Origin: Candidatus Wolframiiraptor sinensis
Lineage (GTDB): Archaea; Thermoproteota; Nitrososphaeria_A; Caldarchaeales; Wolframiiraptoraceae
DNA length: 64,000 nt
Direction of reading: 5' to 3'
NCBI GenBank assembly: GCA_023261815.1
Contig: JALNKA010000001.1
Span: 97,347-161,346 of the forward strand
The notes beneath the pieces were generated by a model. It was not told the origin of the DNA. It saw nothing but the letters and a program-made list of their open reading frames with translations, and did no database searches. The position numbers and the translations under genes are program-made. Positions 9,887-19,397 of this stretch are shown here, one piece after another. Numbering within the stretch: the stretch's first letter is position 1; every line of letters begins with the position of its first letter.

Positions 9887-10609
9887 TTAAATCTCGATCG
9901 CGAGATCGGGGTTTAGGAGGATTATCGAGGAGCTCTCAGGCTCATAGGCCATCTGAACTCCTCTGACCTCGAGCCCGGCCGCATGTGCTCTCGCTATTAG
10001 ACTGCATAACGCTGGATCCGCCTCGTAGTTGAGCTTGAAGCCCCTGATATTAGGTATGGCCGCGATGAAGGCGATGATAGCCCGTGCGCCGCGCTCGACC
10101 AGCCCCATCATCTCCCCCACCTGTTTTACCGCTCTCGTGGATGGGCAGTCGGGATAAGAGGCGTAATCGCCAAGCCTGAGAGCCGCGCTCTTGAGCTCCA
10201 GGATCAAGTCCGCGCCCTCGCGTGACATCAAGTAGTCTATTCTCGCCCCAGCGAGTGGGATATTTCTTCTCGAGATCTGATAGCCCTCGAGCCATGGGAT
10301 GAGACCTCGATTAACCGCCTCCTCGAAAGCTCTCGACTGGAGGTACGTATCTACTACAGCGGCGAGCCCGTCCTCGGAGATCGCGAAAAGTCTTCTCCGA
10401 AGTTTCTCCGGCCTCACGGTCGGCGCGCAGAACCCTCTCCTCCCTCGCACGATGTACTCCAGAAGTCTCCCGGTATTCTGCAGGAATACGAGATCCTCCT
10501 GATCATCAATCTTCACCCTGATCGTAAACCTGTTCAATCTCTCGAGTATCAGGCACTCCTCTACGCCCTGTAAAACCAGTAGCCTAGAGTATTCGCGGGC
10601 GGGGCACAA
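9887..10609 (-). CDS. sfsA: SfsA-family (sugar fermentation stimulation protein) nuclease-like protein
   Basis: The SfsA N-terminal pattern (ERLNRFTIRVKI...FLQNTGRLLE) in a protein of the expected ~240 aa. Confidence 0.65.
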   Translation of the reverse strand: MCPAREYSRLLVLQGVEECLILERLNRFTIRVKIDDQEDLVFLQNTGRLLEYIVRGRRGFCAPTVRPEKLRRRLFAISEDGLAAVVDTYLQSRAFEEAVNRGLIPWLEGYQISRRNIPLAGARIDYLMSREGADLILELKSAALRLGDYASYPDCPSTRAVKQVGEMMGLVERGARAIIAFIAAIPNIRGFKLNYEADPALCSLIARAHAAGLEVRGVQMAYEPESSSIILLNPDLAIEI

Positions 10610-10619
10610 AGCCTAGCCC

Positions 10620-11828
10620 TCAAGATAATTCGAGAAGCATTTTCACCCCTTCTCTAATTCTCCGGATATCCTCCTCGCTCGCGGAGCCTTGGAATTCTAT
10701 CTTGTCAATGATCTTAAAGCCGACGCTCGCAAGCTTCTCAGAGATCTTTCTCGCGGCGGCGGGGCCCCAGCCATACGACCCTATCACGAGCACGGGCTTC
10801 TGCGGAATCTTCCTAGAGATTAAATCCACCAGATGCTCAAGCGGCGGATAAACTCCAGCTTCATACGTCGTCGCGGCGATGATTATTGCCCTCGAGTCCA
10901 TAGCATCGCTCAGTATCTCCGAGAACGGCGGCTGGCTCGAGTCGTTGAACCTGTAGAAGATCGCTCTGCCTCCCAGCCTCTCAACCTCATTCGCCGCGAT
11001 GGCCGCGGCCGCCTCAAGCAAGCGATACATGGAGCCGGTGATGATCAGGATCTTATTGCCATCGGGGCGGCCCTCAGCCAAGCTCCTGTAGTAATCGATG
11101 ATCAGCTGCGGATTCCTCCTCCAGATGAGCCCATGAGCTGGCGCGAGCATCCCTATGCTCAGCTTAAGGCTCTGAATTTTCTCTATGTTCCGGGTTATGT
11201 GCTGCCTGTAAAATCCTATTATGTTCGCGACGTATTTCCTGACGCTGGGCAGGTACTCCTTCACGACGCTTTCATCATCATCGAATATTGCTCTAGGTGT
11301 AGAATATCCTCCAAAGACATCACACGTTATCAGCGCCCTCCGGTCCGGGAGGTAGCTCATTATGGTCTCGGGCCAGTGGAGCCATGGCGTATAAATTATC
11401 TTGATCTTCTCGCCCGCCAACGCGAGCTCCTCCCCATCCTTCACGAGCCTAAATCTCGGAGCTATCCTGTAGAATGTCTCGATCATGGGCTTGGCCATGG
11501 GATGGGCTACGACCTCCGCCCTAAACCCGTTTGCCTCGAGAACTTTCGGGAGGGAGCCTGAGTGATCCGGCTCAGCATGATGAACTATCACATGCGTTAT
11601 ATCTTTCAGGTCCACGATCCCCATAATTGCCTCAATCAGGCCGTCGGCGTAGATGCTCTTCCAGCCGTCGAAGAGAACCGCGCCGCTATCCCCCACGAGT
11701 AGATACGCGTTATAAGTCACCTTCTCCGGTATACTCCAGATGCCCTCAAAATACTCGATATCCACATCATCAATTCTCAGCAGGTGAAATCCGGGCTCAA
11801 TCTCCTGAGATAAGACTCTCGAAGCCAT
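10620..11828 (-). CDS. fprA: flavodiiron protein (FprA; metallo-beta-lactamase plus flavodoxin domains)
   Basis: The diiron motif HHAEPDHSG and a C-terminal flavodoxin-like domain. Confidence 0.85.
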   Translation of the reverse strand: MASRVLSQEIEPGFHLLRIDDVDIEYFEGIWSIPEKVTYNAYLLVGDSGAVLFDGWKSIYADGLIEAIMGIVDLKDITHVIVHHAEPDHSGSLPKVLEANGFRAEVVAHPMAKPMIETFYRIAPRFRLVKDGEELALAGEKIKIIYTPWLHWPETIMSYLPDRRALITCDVFGGYSTPRAIFDDDESVVKEYLPSVRKYVANIIGFYRQHITRNIEKIQSLKLSIGMLAPAHGLIWRRNPQLIIDYYRSLAEGRPDGNKILIITGSMYRLLEAAAAIAANEVERLGGRAIFYRFNDSSQPPFSEILSDAMDSRAIIIAATTYEAGVYPPLEHLVDLISRKIPQKPVLVIGSYGWGPAAARKISEKLASVGFKIIDKIEFQGSASEEDIRRIREGVKMLLELS

Positions 11829-11993
11829 TTTTCAAACACTCTCCAATCGCAGAATCTCGCATAAAATGGGGAAGAATTGGTGTGGGGAAAGAATAGGGGG
11901 TTGCCGGCTCCTCAGAGCCCACACAAGCTGCAGTATTCTCCTGCCGGAACCTTTTCAGCCTTAACATCGAGTTCAACCTCTGAGGCGTTGCCA

Positions 11994-12412
11994 TTAGATT
12001 TCCTCGAGGAGGCTTGTGAAGAAATCGTGGTGCTCCTCCTCATCCGCGAGTATCTTCTCGAAGAGCGTTGCAGTTGTCGTGTCGCTAAGTCCCGGGCTTT
12101 CTGGATTATCTGCTTATAGAGCTTTATCGCCTTCTCCTCATCCTTGACATCCTGCTCGATCATCTCCTTGAGGGTCTTCCCGACGTTTATGGGATCGGGC
12201 TGGGTCGTCGGGGTGCCTCCGAGGTAGTTCAGCCTCTCAGCTATCATCTCGGCGTGCTTCATCTCGGTTATCGCGATCTTTTTCAGCTCATCGCTCACCG
12301 CGAATCCCTTGACTCCTTTCCACTGGACGTGCTGCCACATGTATTGTATCGAGACTTGGAGCTCCCTAGCGATGGCCGCATTCAGCAAATCGAGAAGCTC
12401 CTTGGACGACAT
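11994..12412 (-). pseudogene. bacterioferritin/Dps-like ferritin-fold protein with an apparent 1-nt deletion near 12091-12096
   Basis: The N-terminal portion (TEMKHAEMIAERL...) is in frame A. The conserved C-terminal helix (ATLFEKILADEEEHHDFFTSLLEEI, ending at stop 11994) is in the +1 frame after a cccggg run. Confidence 0.6.
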
Positions 12413-12437
12413 AGCCGATCACCGGCTTCAATGAGAT

Positions 12438-13097
12438 TTAAAGCTTCTTGTAGCAGAACCACCAGTCATAGCACTCGATCTCCTTGGCCCTCGCTTTTTC
12501 GAGCCTCTCCTTGGCGGTCTTCTCGTCGCGCGGCGGCGGGATTATCACCTTATCCCCGATCAGCTCGTTATTCGGCCAGTTGGCCGGCATGGCGACCTTC
12601 TTCTCATCCGAGATCTGGAGTGCCTTGACGATCCTCAGTATCTCGTCCATGTTTCGGCCTATCTCCTGCGGATAATATAGTATCGCCCTCACGATGCCCT
12701 CGGGATCGATTACGAATACAGCTCTAACGGTGTTGGTTCCCTTCCCAGGATGTATCATACCCAGCATGCAGGCTATCTTCCCCTGATCGTCGGCGATTAT
12801 CGGGAACTTGATCTCGACGCCGAGCTTCTCCCCGATCCACTCGACCCATTTGATATGAGAGAATACTTGGTCTATGCTGAGGCCTATGAGCTCGCAGTTT
12901 AGCCTCTTGAACTCTTCATATCTCTTCTGGAACGCAACGAATTCCGTCGTGCAAACAGGCGTGAAATCGGCTGGATGCGAGAACAATACTACCCACTTGC
13001 CCTTATAGTCGTCCGGGAATCTTATCACGCCATGAGTCGTCTGAGCTTCGAAGCTCGGAACCTTTTCACCCAATAACGGAATGCTTGGACGCTCCAT
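12438..13097 (-). CDS. peroxiredoxin (Prx6/1-Cys-type archaeal Prx)
   Basis: FTPVCTTE peroxidatic-cysteine motif with a full-length Prx fold. Confidence 0.9.
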   Translation of the reverse strand: MERPSIPLLGEKVPSFEAQTTHGVIRFPDDYKGKWVVLFSHPADFTPVCTTEFVAFQKRYEEFKRLNCELIGLSIDQVFSHIKWVEWIGEKLGVEIKFPIIADDQGKIACMLGMIHPGKGTNTVRAVFVIDPEGIVRAILYYPQEIGRNMDEILRIVKALQISDEKKVAMPANWPNNELIGDKVIIPPPRDEKTAKERLEKARAKEIECYDWWFCYKKL

Positions 13098-13121
13098 TTT
13101 TCACCACCTCATTCCACGTTG

Positions 13122-13132
13122 CGTATATATTA
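13122..13132. promoter_or_regulatory. palindromic TATA box (CGTATATATTA) shared by the divergent prx and lrp genes
   Basis: Centred about 26 nt upstream of the lrp ATG at 13153 and about 30 nt upstream of the prx start at 13097 on the opposite strand. Both genes therefore look leaderless. Confidence 0.5.
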
Positions 13133-13152
13133 TGGCCGAAATCATAAATTTT

Positions 13153-13575
13153 ATGGTTCGAATATCGGACCAGGAACTCCTAAAGATGTTGATGGAAAAT
13201 GCAAGGATGTCCTACGTCGAGATCGCGAGGGCGCTGAATGTATCGGAGGCGGCGGTGAGGAAGAGGGTTAAGCGTCTCGAGAATCTTGGAATCATTAGTA
13301 GATACACGATAGAGGTGGATCCTAGGAAGCTGGGCTACGAGGTTGTGGCGATCATAGGCTTGGACGTGGATCCGGAGCACCTACTCTCGGTAATGGATGA
13401 ATTAAAGAAGCGGGAGGAGGCAGTGAGGCTCTATCTGACGAGCGGAGATCACATGCTCGTGGCGGAGTGCTGGTTTAAGAGCTCCCAAGAGCTCTCGAGC
13501 TTCATCAGGAGGCTCGAGTCCAGGGAGGGTGTCAAGAGAGTCTGCCCAGCAATAGTCTTGGAGAGGCTCAAGTAA
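13153..13575 (+). CDS. lrp: Lrp/AsnC-family transcriptional regulator
   Basis: HTH (SYVEIARALNVSEAAVRKRVKRLE) plus a RAM domain. I take the start at ATG 13153 rather than at the longer upstream extension of the annotated ORF. Confidence 0.85.
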   Translation: MVRISDQELLKMLMENARMSYVEIARALNVSEAAVRKRVKRLENLGIISRYTIEVDPRKLGYEVVAIIGLDVDPEHLLSVMDELKKREEAVRLYLTSGDHMLVAECWFKSSQELSSFIRRLESREGVKRVCPAIVLERLK

Positions 13576-13588
13576 AATGATTGGGGTC

Positions 13589-13792
13589 CTAGAGCTTTAT
13601 CCCCCTCTCCCTGAGCATCGTCAATATTCTCGCGATTCTCCTCCTCACGTTTCTTATCTGGGCTGTTTTCTCCAATCCGCCGCCAGCGGTCGTTTTGCTC
13701 CTGATTAGCGCGAGCTCCGCCCGGAGCCTATCGAGCTCGCTTATCAGCTCCTCGCTACTCTTTTCCCTCAGCTCCCTCACCTCTCTCACCAA
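13589..13792 (-). CDS. rpl29: 50S ribosomal protein L29
   Basis: uL29 signature (ELRELREKSSEELISELDRLRAEL...IRNVRRRIARILT). Confidence 0.85.
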   Translation of the reverse strand: MVREVRELREKSSEELISELDRLRAELALIRSKTTAGGGLEKTAQIRNVRRRIARILTMLRERGIKL

Positions 13793-14414
13793 ACTCGACC
13801 ACCTCCATCTCGCCCGGCTCCCGCGCCACCACCCTTATCTCCTCGGGCATCGGCGCATCAGGCGGATAGATCTTCACCTTTATCCCATATATTCCCGGCT
13901 TCAGTAGTATCGTCGCCTTACCAACCTTGATGTACTTGAGCGCTGGGTCGCCGGACTTCGGCATTATCCCGGCCGTGTACTTCTCAGTTCTATGTCTGGC
14001 CGAGGTCAGCTTACCGCTTATCTCGATCTCAACTCCCCGGGCTCCGGCCTCCATGATCCTCCTCAAAGCCCAGAAGGCCACTCTCCTATGCCTTACACCT
14101 CTCTCCATCGCCTGGGCAATCCTGTAGGCCATGACCTGCGGATTCAGCTCCGGAACCTCTATCTCGGCGACCGTGACATTCGGGTTCTCAACGCCGAACC
14201 TCTTCTCGAGCTCCTCGGTTATCTCCCTAATCGTCCTCCCCCTAGGCCCGATAACCCTGCCCGGCCTCATAGCGTAGATCGTGACCCTAGTTCCCATCGG
14301 CGTGAATGTTATATCGACCCCCCCGAAGCCGGCATCTTTCAGCTTCTCAGCCAGATACTCGTGGATCTCGGCCTTCTTTATCTTGCTGGATAAGATATTC
14401 TTGATCGCCGACAT
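13755..14414 (-). CDS. rps3: 30S ribosomal protein S3
   Basis: uS3 KH domain and C-terminal domain, with a Gly/Glu-rich tail. It overlaps rpl29 by 38 nt. Confidence 0.9.
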   Translation of the reverse strand: MSAIKNILSSKIKKAEIHEYLAEKLKDAGFGGVDITFTPMGTRVTIYAMRPGRVIGPRGRTIREITEELEKRFGVENPNVTVAEIEVPELNPQVMAYRIAQAMERGVRHRRVAFWALRRIMEAGARGVEIEISGKLTSARHRTEKYTAGIMPKSGDPALKYIKVGKATILLKPGIYGIKVKIYPPDAPMPEEIRVVAREPGEMEVVEFGERGEGAEGKE

Positions 14415-14415
14415 C

Positions 14416-14883
14416 TCAGCGCCTCACCTCTCCTATCACCTCAATATGAACTAGCTGCTTATCGTAGGGCGTGGCCCTCCCGAAAGCCCTGGGCATGAAC
14501 TTGCTAATCCTCCTAGCCTTATGAGCGGCCGCGTGGACTATGACGACCTCATCCGGGTCAAGGCCCTTGAAGTCGGCATTAGCCTCCAAGCTCTCCAGAA
14601 GTTTGAGCATGTGCTTGGCGACCTTCACGGGGTATCCTCCAGCCCCCCTGGTCTCGCTATGATGAGCTCTATTCTTCTTGTACCTGCGGTAGGGTATCAT
14701 CCTCCTCATAGCTATAACATCCTCCATTAGCTTCCTAGCCTCTGGTATCGTCAATCCTATGATCGCCCTACAAACCTCCCTAGACCACTTAGGAGATACA
14801 TCAATCTCCCTCAAGCTAGCCTTGACCGTTCTCGCCTCATCCAGCTCCTTAACCGAGTAGCCCCAATGAGGCATCCCGAGCAC
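14416..14883 (-). CDS. rpl22: 50S ribosomal protein L22
   Basis: uL22 similarity (for example KASLREIDVSPKWSREVCRAIIG). Confidence 0.9.
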   Translation of the reverse strand: MLGMPHWGYSVKELDEARTVKASLREIDVSPKWSREVCRAIIGLTIPEARKLMEDVIAMRRMIPYRRYKKNRAHHSETRGAGGYPVKVAKHMLKLLESLEANADFKGLDPDEVVIVHAAAHKARRISKFMPRAFGRATPYDKQLVHIEVIGEVRR

Positions 14884-14924
14884 CCTTAGCCTCCCTTCCG
14901 ACCCCTTTTCCGCAAGCCATTCTT

Positions 14925-14932
14925 GAGACCTC
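14925..14932 (-). promoter_or_regulatory. TATA box (TTTAAATA on the minus strand) of the rpl22-rps3-rpl29 operon
   Basis: About 40 nt upstream of the rpl22 start, in a 270-bp non-coding spacer. Confidence 0.4.
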
Positions 14933-15155
14933 TATTTAAAGCGTGACCTAGTTTGGTCATAGCAGAACGAGCAGAATTTTCAATCTAGCTAGTAAGGTTA
15001 TAAGATTGAAGGGGGAAAAGAGGGTGGTGAGGGGCATCTGGACAGTCCTTATTAATCTTTGAATGAGCCCGGCGAGAGGAGATGCTAGTGCTTCCTAATC
15101 TTTTCGGCAGGAATTTTGGGAAAAGAAATTTAGGAAGATCTTTAGGAAAAAAGCC

Positions 15156-16751
15156 TTGGCAAGGCGCGCTATGAAGCTCTCGGAGCTACTCTTTCTCGAG
15201 GGCCCACCTCCATTCTTAGAATCTCGTGGTAAGCTTGAAGAGATTCTTCGGAGGGCTGAGCTTCCTCTCGACCTTGAGCTCCGAGCTCTTACGAGAGAGA
15301 ATCTTGAGGCACTTGCGAGCATCTCGATCGAGGTGCTCAGGCCCGATGAGCGTAAGCAATTCTTTGAGATTCTGGTCAAGCTCTTGAGAGAGGAGGGCAA
15401 TGAGCTTCACGGAGTTTTCGAGCCTAAAATAATCGTTGAAAGAGCGGAGAATCGGAGAGGCTTCCATGAAGTTATCTCGGCGATCGATTTGAGAAGCGCT
15501 GAGCTCGAGGCGGACAGGTGTCTTAGGTGCAGAATCCCCAGATGCGTTAACGCGTGCCCCGTGAAGTTTCCGGTTCCAGCATTTTTGAAGGCTGCGGCAA
15601 GCGGCAAGCATGATGTGGCGTATAAGATATCCCTGACCATATATCCGACTCTCGGAATCTGCGGTAGAATATGTATTGGCTTCTGCGAGACTGCCTGCAC
15701 TCTTAATCAAGTATTCGGGAACCCCGTTAGGATTAGGATGGTTAAGCGCGCAGTCGCAGACGCGGTGTCAATGGGGGATAACCTACCTAAGCCTAGGCCG
15801 CGCTCCGGGTTTAAGGTTGCGATAATAGGCTCCGGCCCCGCGGGGATTACCGCGGCATATCACCTGAGGCTCATGGGCCACGATGTTACGATCTTCGAGG
15901 CCGGGAAGAAGCCTGGGGGCAGGCTCATTGACGCGATACCAGAGTTTAGATTACCCTCACACATCGTTGAGAAAGAGGTTGGGATATTGAGCATGCTTGG
16001 GGTGGAGTTTGGGCTGGAAGTAAAGCTCGGCCGAGACATGACCATTGATGATCTTTTCAAGGAAGGGTATGAGGCGGTTTTTATAGCGGTGGGCGCGGGC
16101 GAGTCCAATGTTCCTCGGATAAAGGGGAGCGAGCTGGATGGTGTTCACGCTGCGTTGGAGTTCCTGAAGCTTGTCAAGGCGGGCGTCATCAATTCCATCT
16201 CGGGCAAAGTCTGGGTTATCGGCGGAGGTAATGTGGCGATGGATGCGGCTCGAACAGCGTTGAGGCTGGGAGCAGACTCGGTCAAGATAATGTATCGGAG
16301 AAGCGCGGAGGAGATGCCCGCTAGGAAGGAGGAGGTCGAGGAGGCAATTAACGAGGGAATAGAGATAATGTTTCTCACGCAGCCCATAGAGCTGATAGGC
16401 GATAGGCGGCTCCGAAAAATAAGATGCATCAGGATGATGCTTGGGGAGCCGGGGCCGGATGGCAGGAGAATGCCCATACCGGTAGAGGGCTCCGAGTTCG
16501 AGGTCGAGGCCGATCACGCGATATTCGCGACAGGTGAAGCTCCCTCAACAAGATGGCTCTTGGAAAAAGATGGAATAGAGGTTATGGAGGATGGAAGGAT
16601 AAAGGTTAATGAGAGATTAGAGACTAGCAGGCGCGGGGTATTCGCGGGCGGAGACGCCGTTAGAGGCCCCTCGCTTTACAGCATAGCATCAGCTGATGGA
16701 ATAAAGGCTGCCAGGGAGATTGACCGGTATCTGAGGAGCCTTTCTTCCTAG
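15156..16751 (+). CDS. GltD/SudA/NfnB-like NAD(P)H oxidoreductase (FAD/NAD(P)-binding plus an N-terminal 2x[4Fe-4S] region), with an extra ~100 aa N-terminal extension
   Basis: Cys motifs CLRCRIPRCVNACP and GICGRICIGFCETAC, followed by GSGPAG and GGGNVAMD dinucleotide-binding motifs. Confidence 0.75.
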   Translation: MARRAMKLSELLFLEGPPPFLESRGKLEEILRRAELPLDLELRALTRENLEALASISIEVLRPDERKQFFEILVKLLREEGNELHGVFEPKIIVERAENRRGFHEVISAIDLRSAELEADRCLRCRIPRCVNACPVKFPVPAFLKAAASGKHDVAYKISLTIYPTLGICGRICIGFCETACTLNQVFGNPVRIRMVKRAVADAVSMGDNLPKPRPRSGFKVAIIGSGPAGITAAYHLRLMGHDVTIFEAGKKPGGRLIDAIPEFRLPSHIVEKEVGILSMLGVEFGLEVKLGRDMTIDDLFKEGYEAVFIAVGAGESNVPRIKGSELDGVHAALEFLKLVKAGVINSISGKVWVIGGGNVAMDAARTALRLGADSVKIMYRRSAEEMPARKEEVEEAINEGIEIMFLTQPIELIGDRRLRKIRCIRMMLGEPGPDGRRMPIPVEGSEFEVEADHAIFATGEAPSTRWLLEKDGIEVMEDGRIKVNERLETSRRGVFAGGDAVRGPSLYSIASADGIKAAREIDRYLRSLSS

Positions 16752-17434
16752 CGGTACTCTAGGACTACCATGACGTGGTCGCGCTCATACGGCTCGAGGG
16801 AGATCACCTCGATGGGCTTGAGCCCGTTTTTCTCGAGCACCTCGACCTCCCTCTTGTAGATCACCTCGGGCTCCTGGACGCTGTCTATGCTTCTCGCCTT
16901 GACGGCTAGGTAGCCGTGGCCGCCGCTCCTGAGCATCAACCTCGCATTGTCTGAGAATAGCTTCGCCTGCTCCGGCTGCGCCACGTCGCAGTAGATGACA
17001 TCCACCTCTCCAACGATCGGCGCGTAGGCCTCCGGTTTTCTAGCATCTCCGAAGATAGGGGTGACGTTCATCCTCTTATCTGAGACGTTTCGCTTAAACT
17101 GTATCATGACCCTGGCGGCGAACTCAACTCCATATAGCACACCTCTCTCGCCTATTATGTCAGAGACGTGGCTCGACGTCGTCCCGGTGGCCGTTCCGAG
17201 GTATAGAACTCTCGAGCCGGGCTTGATGAACATGTTCTCCATGCCCTTCATTATGGCCGCGGCCAGCTTGCTCCGATATGGTATCCAGCTCCGATACTCC
17301 TCGCCCCTTATCCTGTAAAGCTTCTCGCCATAGACCTGAACTCCTGGAACAAGGTTCCTCGTGGCGAGCACTTTCTCCTCATCTTTTATCCAGTAGACCC
17401 CCTCGAACTTCTCATGAGGTATGAGTTCCACCAT
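16748..17434 (-). CDS. flpA: fibrillarin (rRNA/tRNA 2'-O-methyltransferase)
   Basis: Full-length fibrillarin similarity (VLYLGTATGTTSSHVSDI). Confidence 0.9.
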   Translation of the reverse strand: MVELIPHEKFEGVYWIKDEEKVLATRNLVPGVQVYGEKLYRIRGEEYRSWIPYRSKLAAAIMKGMENMFIKPGSRVLYLGTATGTTSSHVSDIIGERGVLYGVEFAARVMIQFKRNVSDKRMNVTPIFGDARKPEAYAPIVGEVDVIYCDVAQPEQAKLFSDNARLMLRSGGHGYLAVKARSIDSVQEPEVIYKREVEVLEKNGLKPIEVISLEPYERDHVMVVLEYR

Positions 17435-17491
17435 GCTTCCTAACCACCTCTACGTAATGGCAAGCATCATAATTATCTTTCGTCTCCGGTG

Positions 17492-19312
17492 TTAGAGCAC
17501 CGTCACGCTTTTAGCGAGGTTTCGGGGCTTGTCGGGATCCAGCCCCCTCTCCAACGCCAAGTAATATGCTAAGAACTGGAATGGGATGACGTATATTATC
17601 GGGCTCAGGATCTCGTGCACCCTCGGGAGGCCGAGCCACCAATCCGAGTTCTCCTTCAGCTCATTATCGCCCTCCGTTCCGACACAGTATATCCTCGCGC
17701 CTCTAGCCTTCATCTCCATGATGTTTCCGAGTATGTGCTTTCGGGTGGAGTCATGTGGGGCGATGAAGAATACCGGGTAGCCATTCTCGATCACGCTTAT
17801 CGGCCCATGCTTGCTCTCCCCGGCGGGATATGCTATGCATGGTATGTAGCTGAGCTCCATGACCTTGAGCCTCGCCTCAAGCGCGGTCGCGTAGCTTATC
17901 CCCCTTCCGAGGAAGAATATGCTCCGCGCGCTCGCGAGCTCCTTTGCCAGTTCCCTCACCGGCTCATCCGAGATCTTTAAGGTCTTCTCGACGAGGTCTG
18001 GAAGCTTTCTAAGCTCATCATTAAGCTCATCTATCTCGTATTGAGCGAGCTTCCCCCTTCTCCTAGCTAGGCGGAGGGCCAGCTGCGCCAGGACTGTTAG
18101 CTGAGCCGTGAAGGTCTTTGTGGCGGCGACCCCGATCTCCGGGCCGGAGTTCTGGAGCACGTATGCTCTCGATATTCTCGTCAGGGTGGAGCCAACGACG
18201 TTCGTGACGGCGAGTATGGTCGCGGCGGTCATCCTCGCGTAATCCACAGCTGTCAAGACGTCCGCGGTCTCCCCAGACTGGCTCACCGCCAATATTATGG
18301 CGTCAATGCTGATTGATTTCCCATAATTCTCGATGAACTCTGATGCTATTACGGGGATCGTGGTGAGCCTGGCAATCTTCGAGAACATGTAAGACGCGGC
18401 CACGCATGCGTTATACGAGGTCCCGGCGGCGAGGAGGAATACATCCTTACCCTTATCTAGGAACTCCGTTAGGAGCTCCAGGTACTTCTCCTGCGCCTTA
18501 AGAGCCTCCCTTATTGTCTGAGGCTGCTCATATATCTCCTTCAAGGTGAAGTGAGGATACCCGGACTTCTCCGCCTCTTCTATCGTCCAGCTCAGCTCAA
18601 TTATCCTCTTCTCGACCTCAACGCCGGAGTCGATCTTGAATACCCTGGCCTCGGAGGGCGTTATGTACCCGGCCTCGCCATTATCTAGGAATATCGCTCT
18701 ACGAGTATGCTCTATAAAGGCCGCGACATCGCTCGCGATGAAGTTCACGCCATCTCCGAGTCCGATTACGAGCGGCGACTCATTTCTTGCGAAAACTATC
18801 TTGTCAGGTTCCTTGGGCGATATAATCGCGAGGGCGTAGCTCCCTTTAAGCCTCCTAACGGCGGCCATAGTCGCCTCAAGCAAGCTCTTGCCGAGCTTCA
18901 AGTTCTCCTCTATGAGGTGCGCGATAACCTCGGTGTCGGTCTTGGATCTGAAAACGTGCCTCCTGTCAATTAGCTCCTCCTTGAGCTCGAGGAAGTTCTC
19001 TATCACGCCATTATGGACGATGGCCACAATGCCGTTGCAGTCGAGATGAGGGTGAGCATTAACCTGGCTCGGCGCTCCATGAGTCGCCCACCTAGTATGA
19101 GCTACCCCGATCGATCCGGGTAGATCATCGAGGTTCAGCCTAGCATGTATTTCATCGATTTTCCCGGAGTCCTTCTTGAGGTGGATCGCCCCTTCATGGA
19201 TTGTTGCGATTCCAGCCGAGTCGTATCCCCTATACTCGAGTCTTTTCAGCCCCCTGTGGAGCATGGGCGCGGCTTTTCCAGCGCTCAGCGCGCACCCTAT
19301 GATCCCGCACAT
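17492..19312 (-). CDS. glmS: glutamine--fructose-6-phosphate aminotransferase
   Basis: N-terminal MCGIIG nucleophile and two SIS domains. Confidence 0.9.
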   Translation of the reverse strand: MCGIIGCALSAGKAAPMLHRGLKRLEYRGYDSAGIATIHEGAIHLKKDSGKIDEIHARLNLDDLPGSIGVAHTRWATHGAPSQVNAHPHLDCNGIVAIVHNGVIENFLELKEELIDRRHVFRSKTDTEVIAHLIEENLKLGKSLLEATMAAVRRLKGSYALAIISPKEPDKIVFARNESPLVIGLGDGVNFIASDVAAFIEHTRRAIFLDNGEAGYITPSEARVFKIDSGVEVEKRIIELSWTIEEAEKSGYPHFTLKEIYEQPQTIREALKAQEKYLELLTEFLDKGKDVFLLAAGTSYNACVAASYMFSKIARLTTIPVIASEFIENYGKSISIDAIILAVSQSGETADVLTAVDYARMTAATILAVTNVVGSTLTRISRAYVLQNSGPEIGVAATKTFTAQLTVLAQLALRLARRRGKLAQYEIDELNDELRKLPDLVEKTLKISDEPVRELAKELASARSIFFLGRGISYATALEARLKVMELSYIPCIAYPAGESKHGPISVIENGYPVFFIAPHDSTRKHILGNIMEMKARGARIYCVGTEGDNELKENSDWWLGLPRVHEILSPIIYVIPFQFLAYYLALERGLDPDKPRNLAKSVTVL

Positions 19313-19397
19313 CGCTCCCGATTTGTTGGAGGCTATCCGCCTTAAGGCTTTAACTATTCTAGAGCTTCAGTGAGTCAGCTCTCTAATGAGTAGAATC

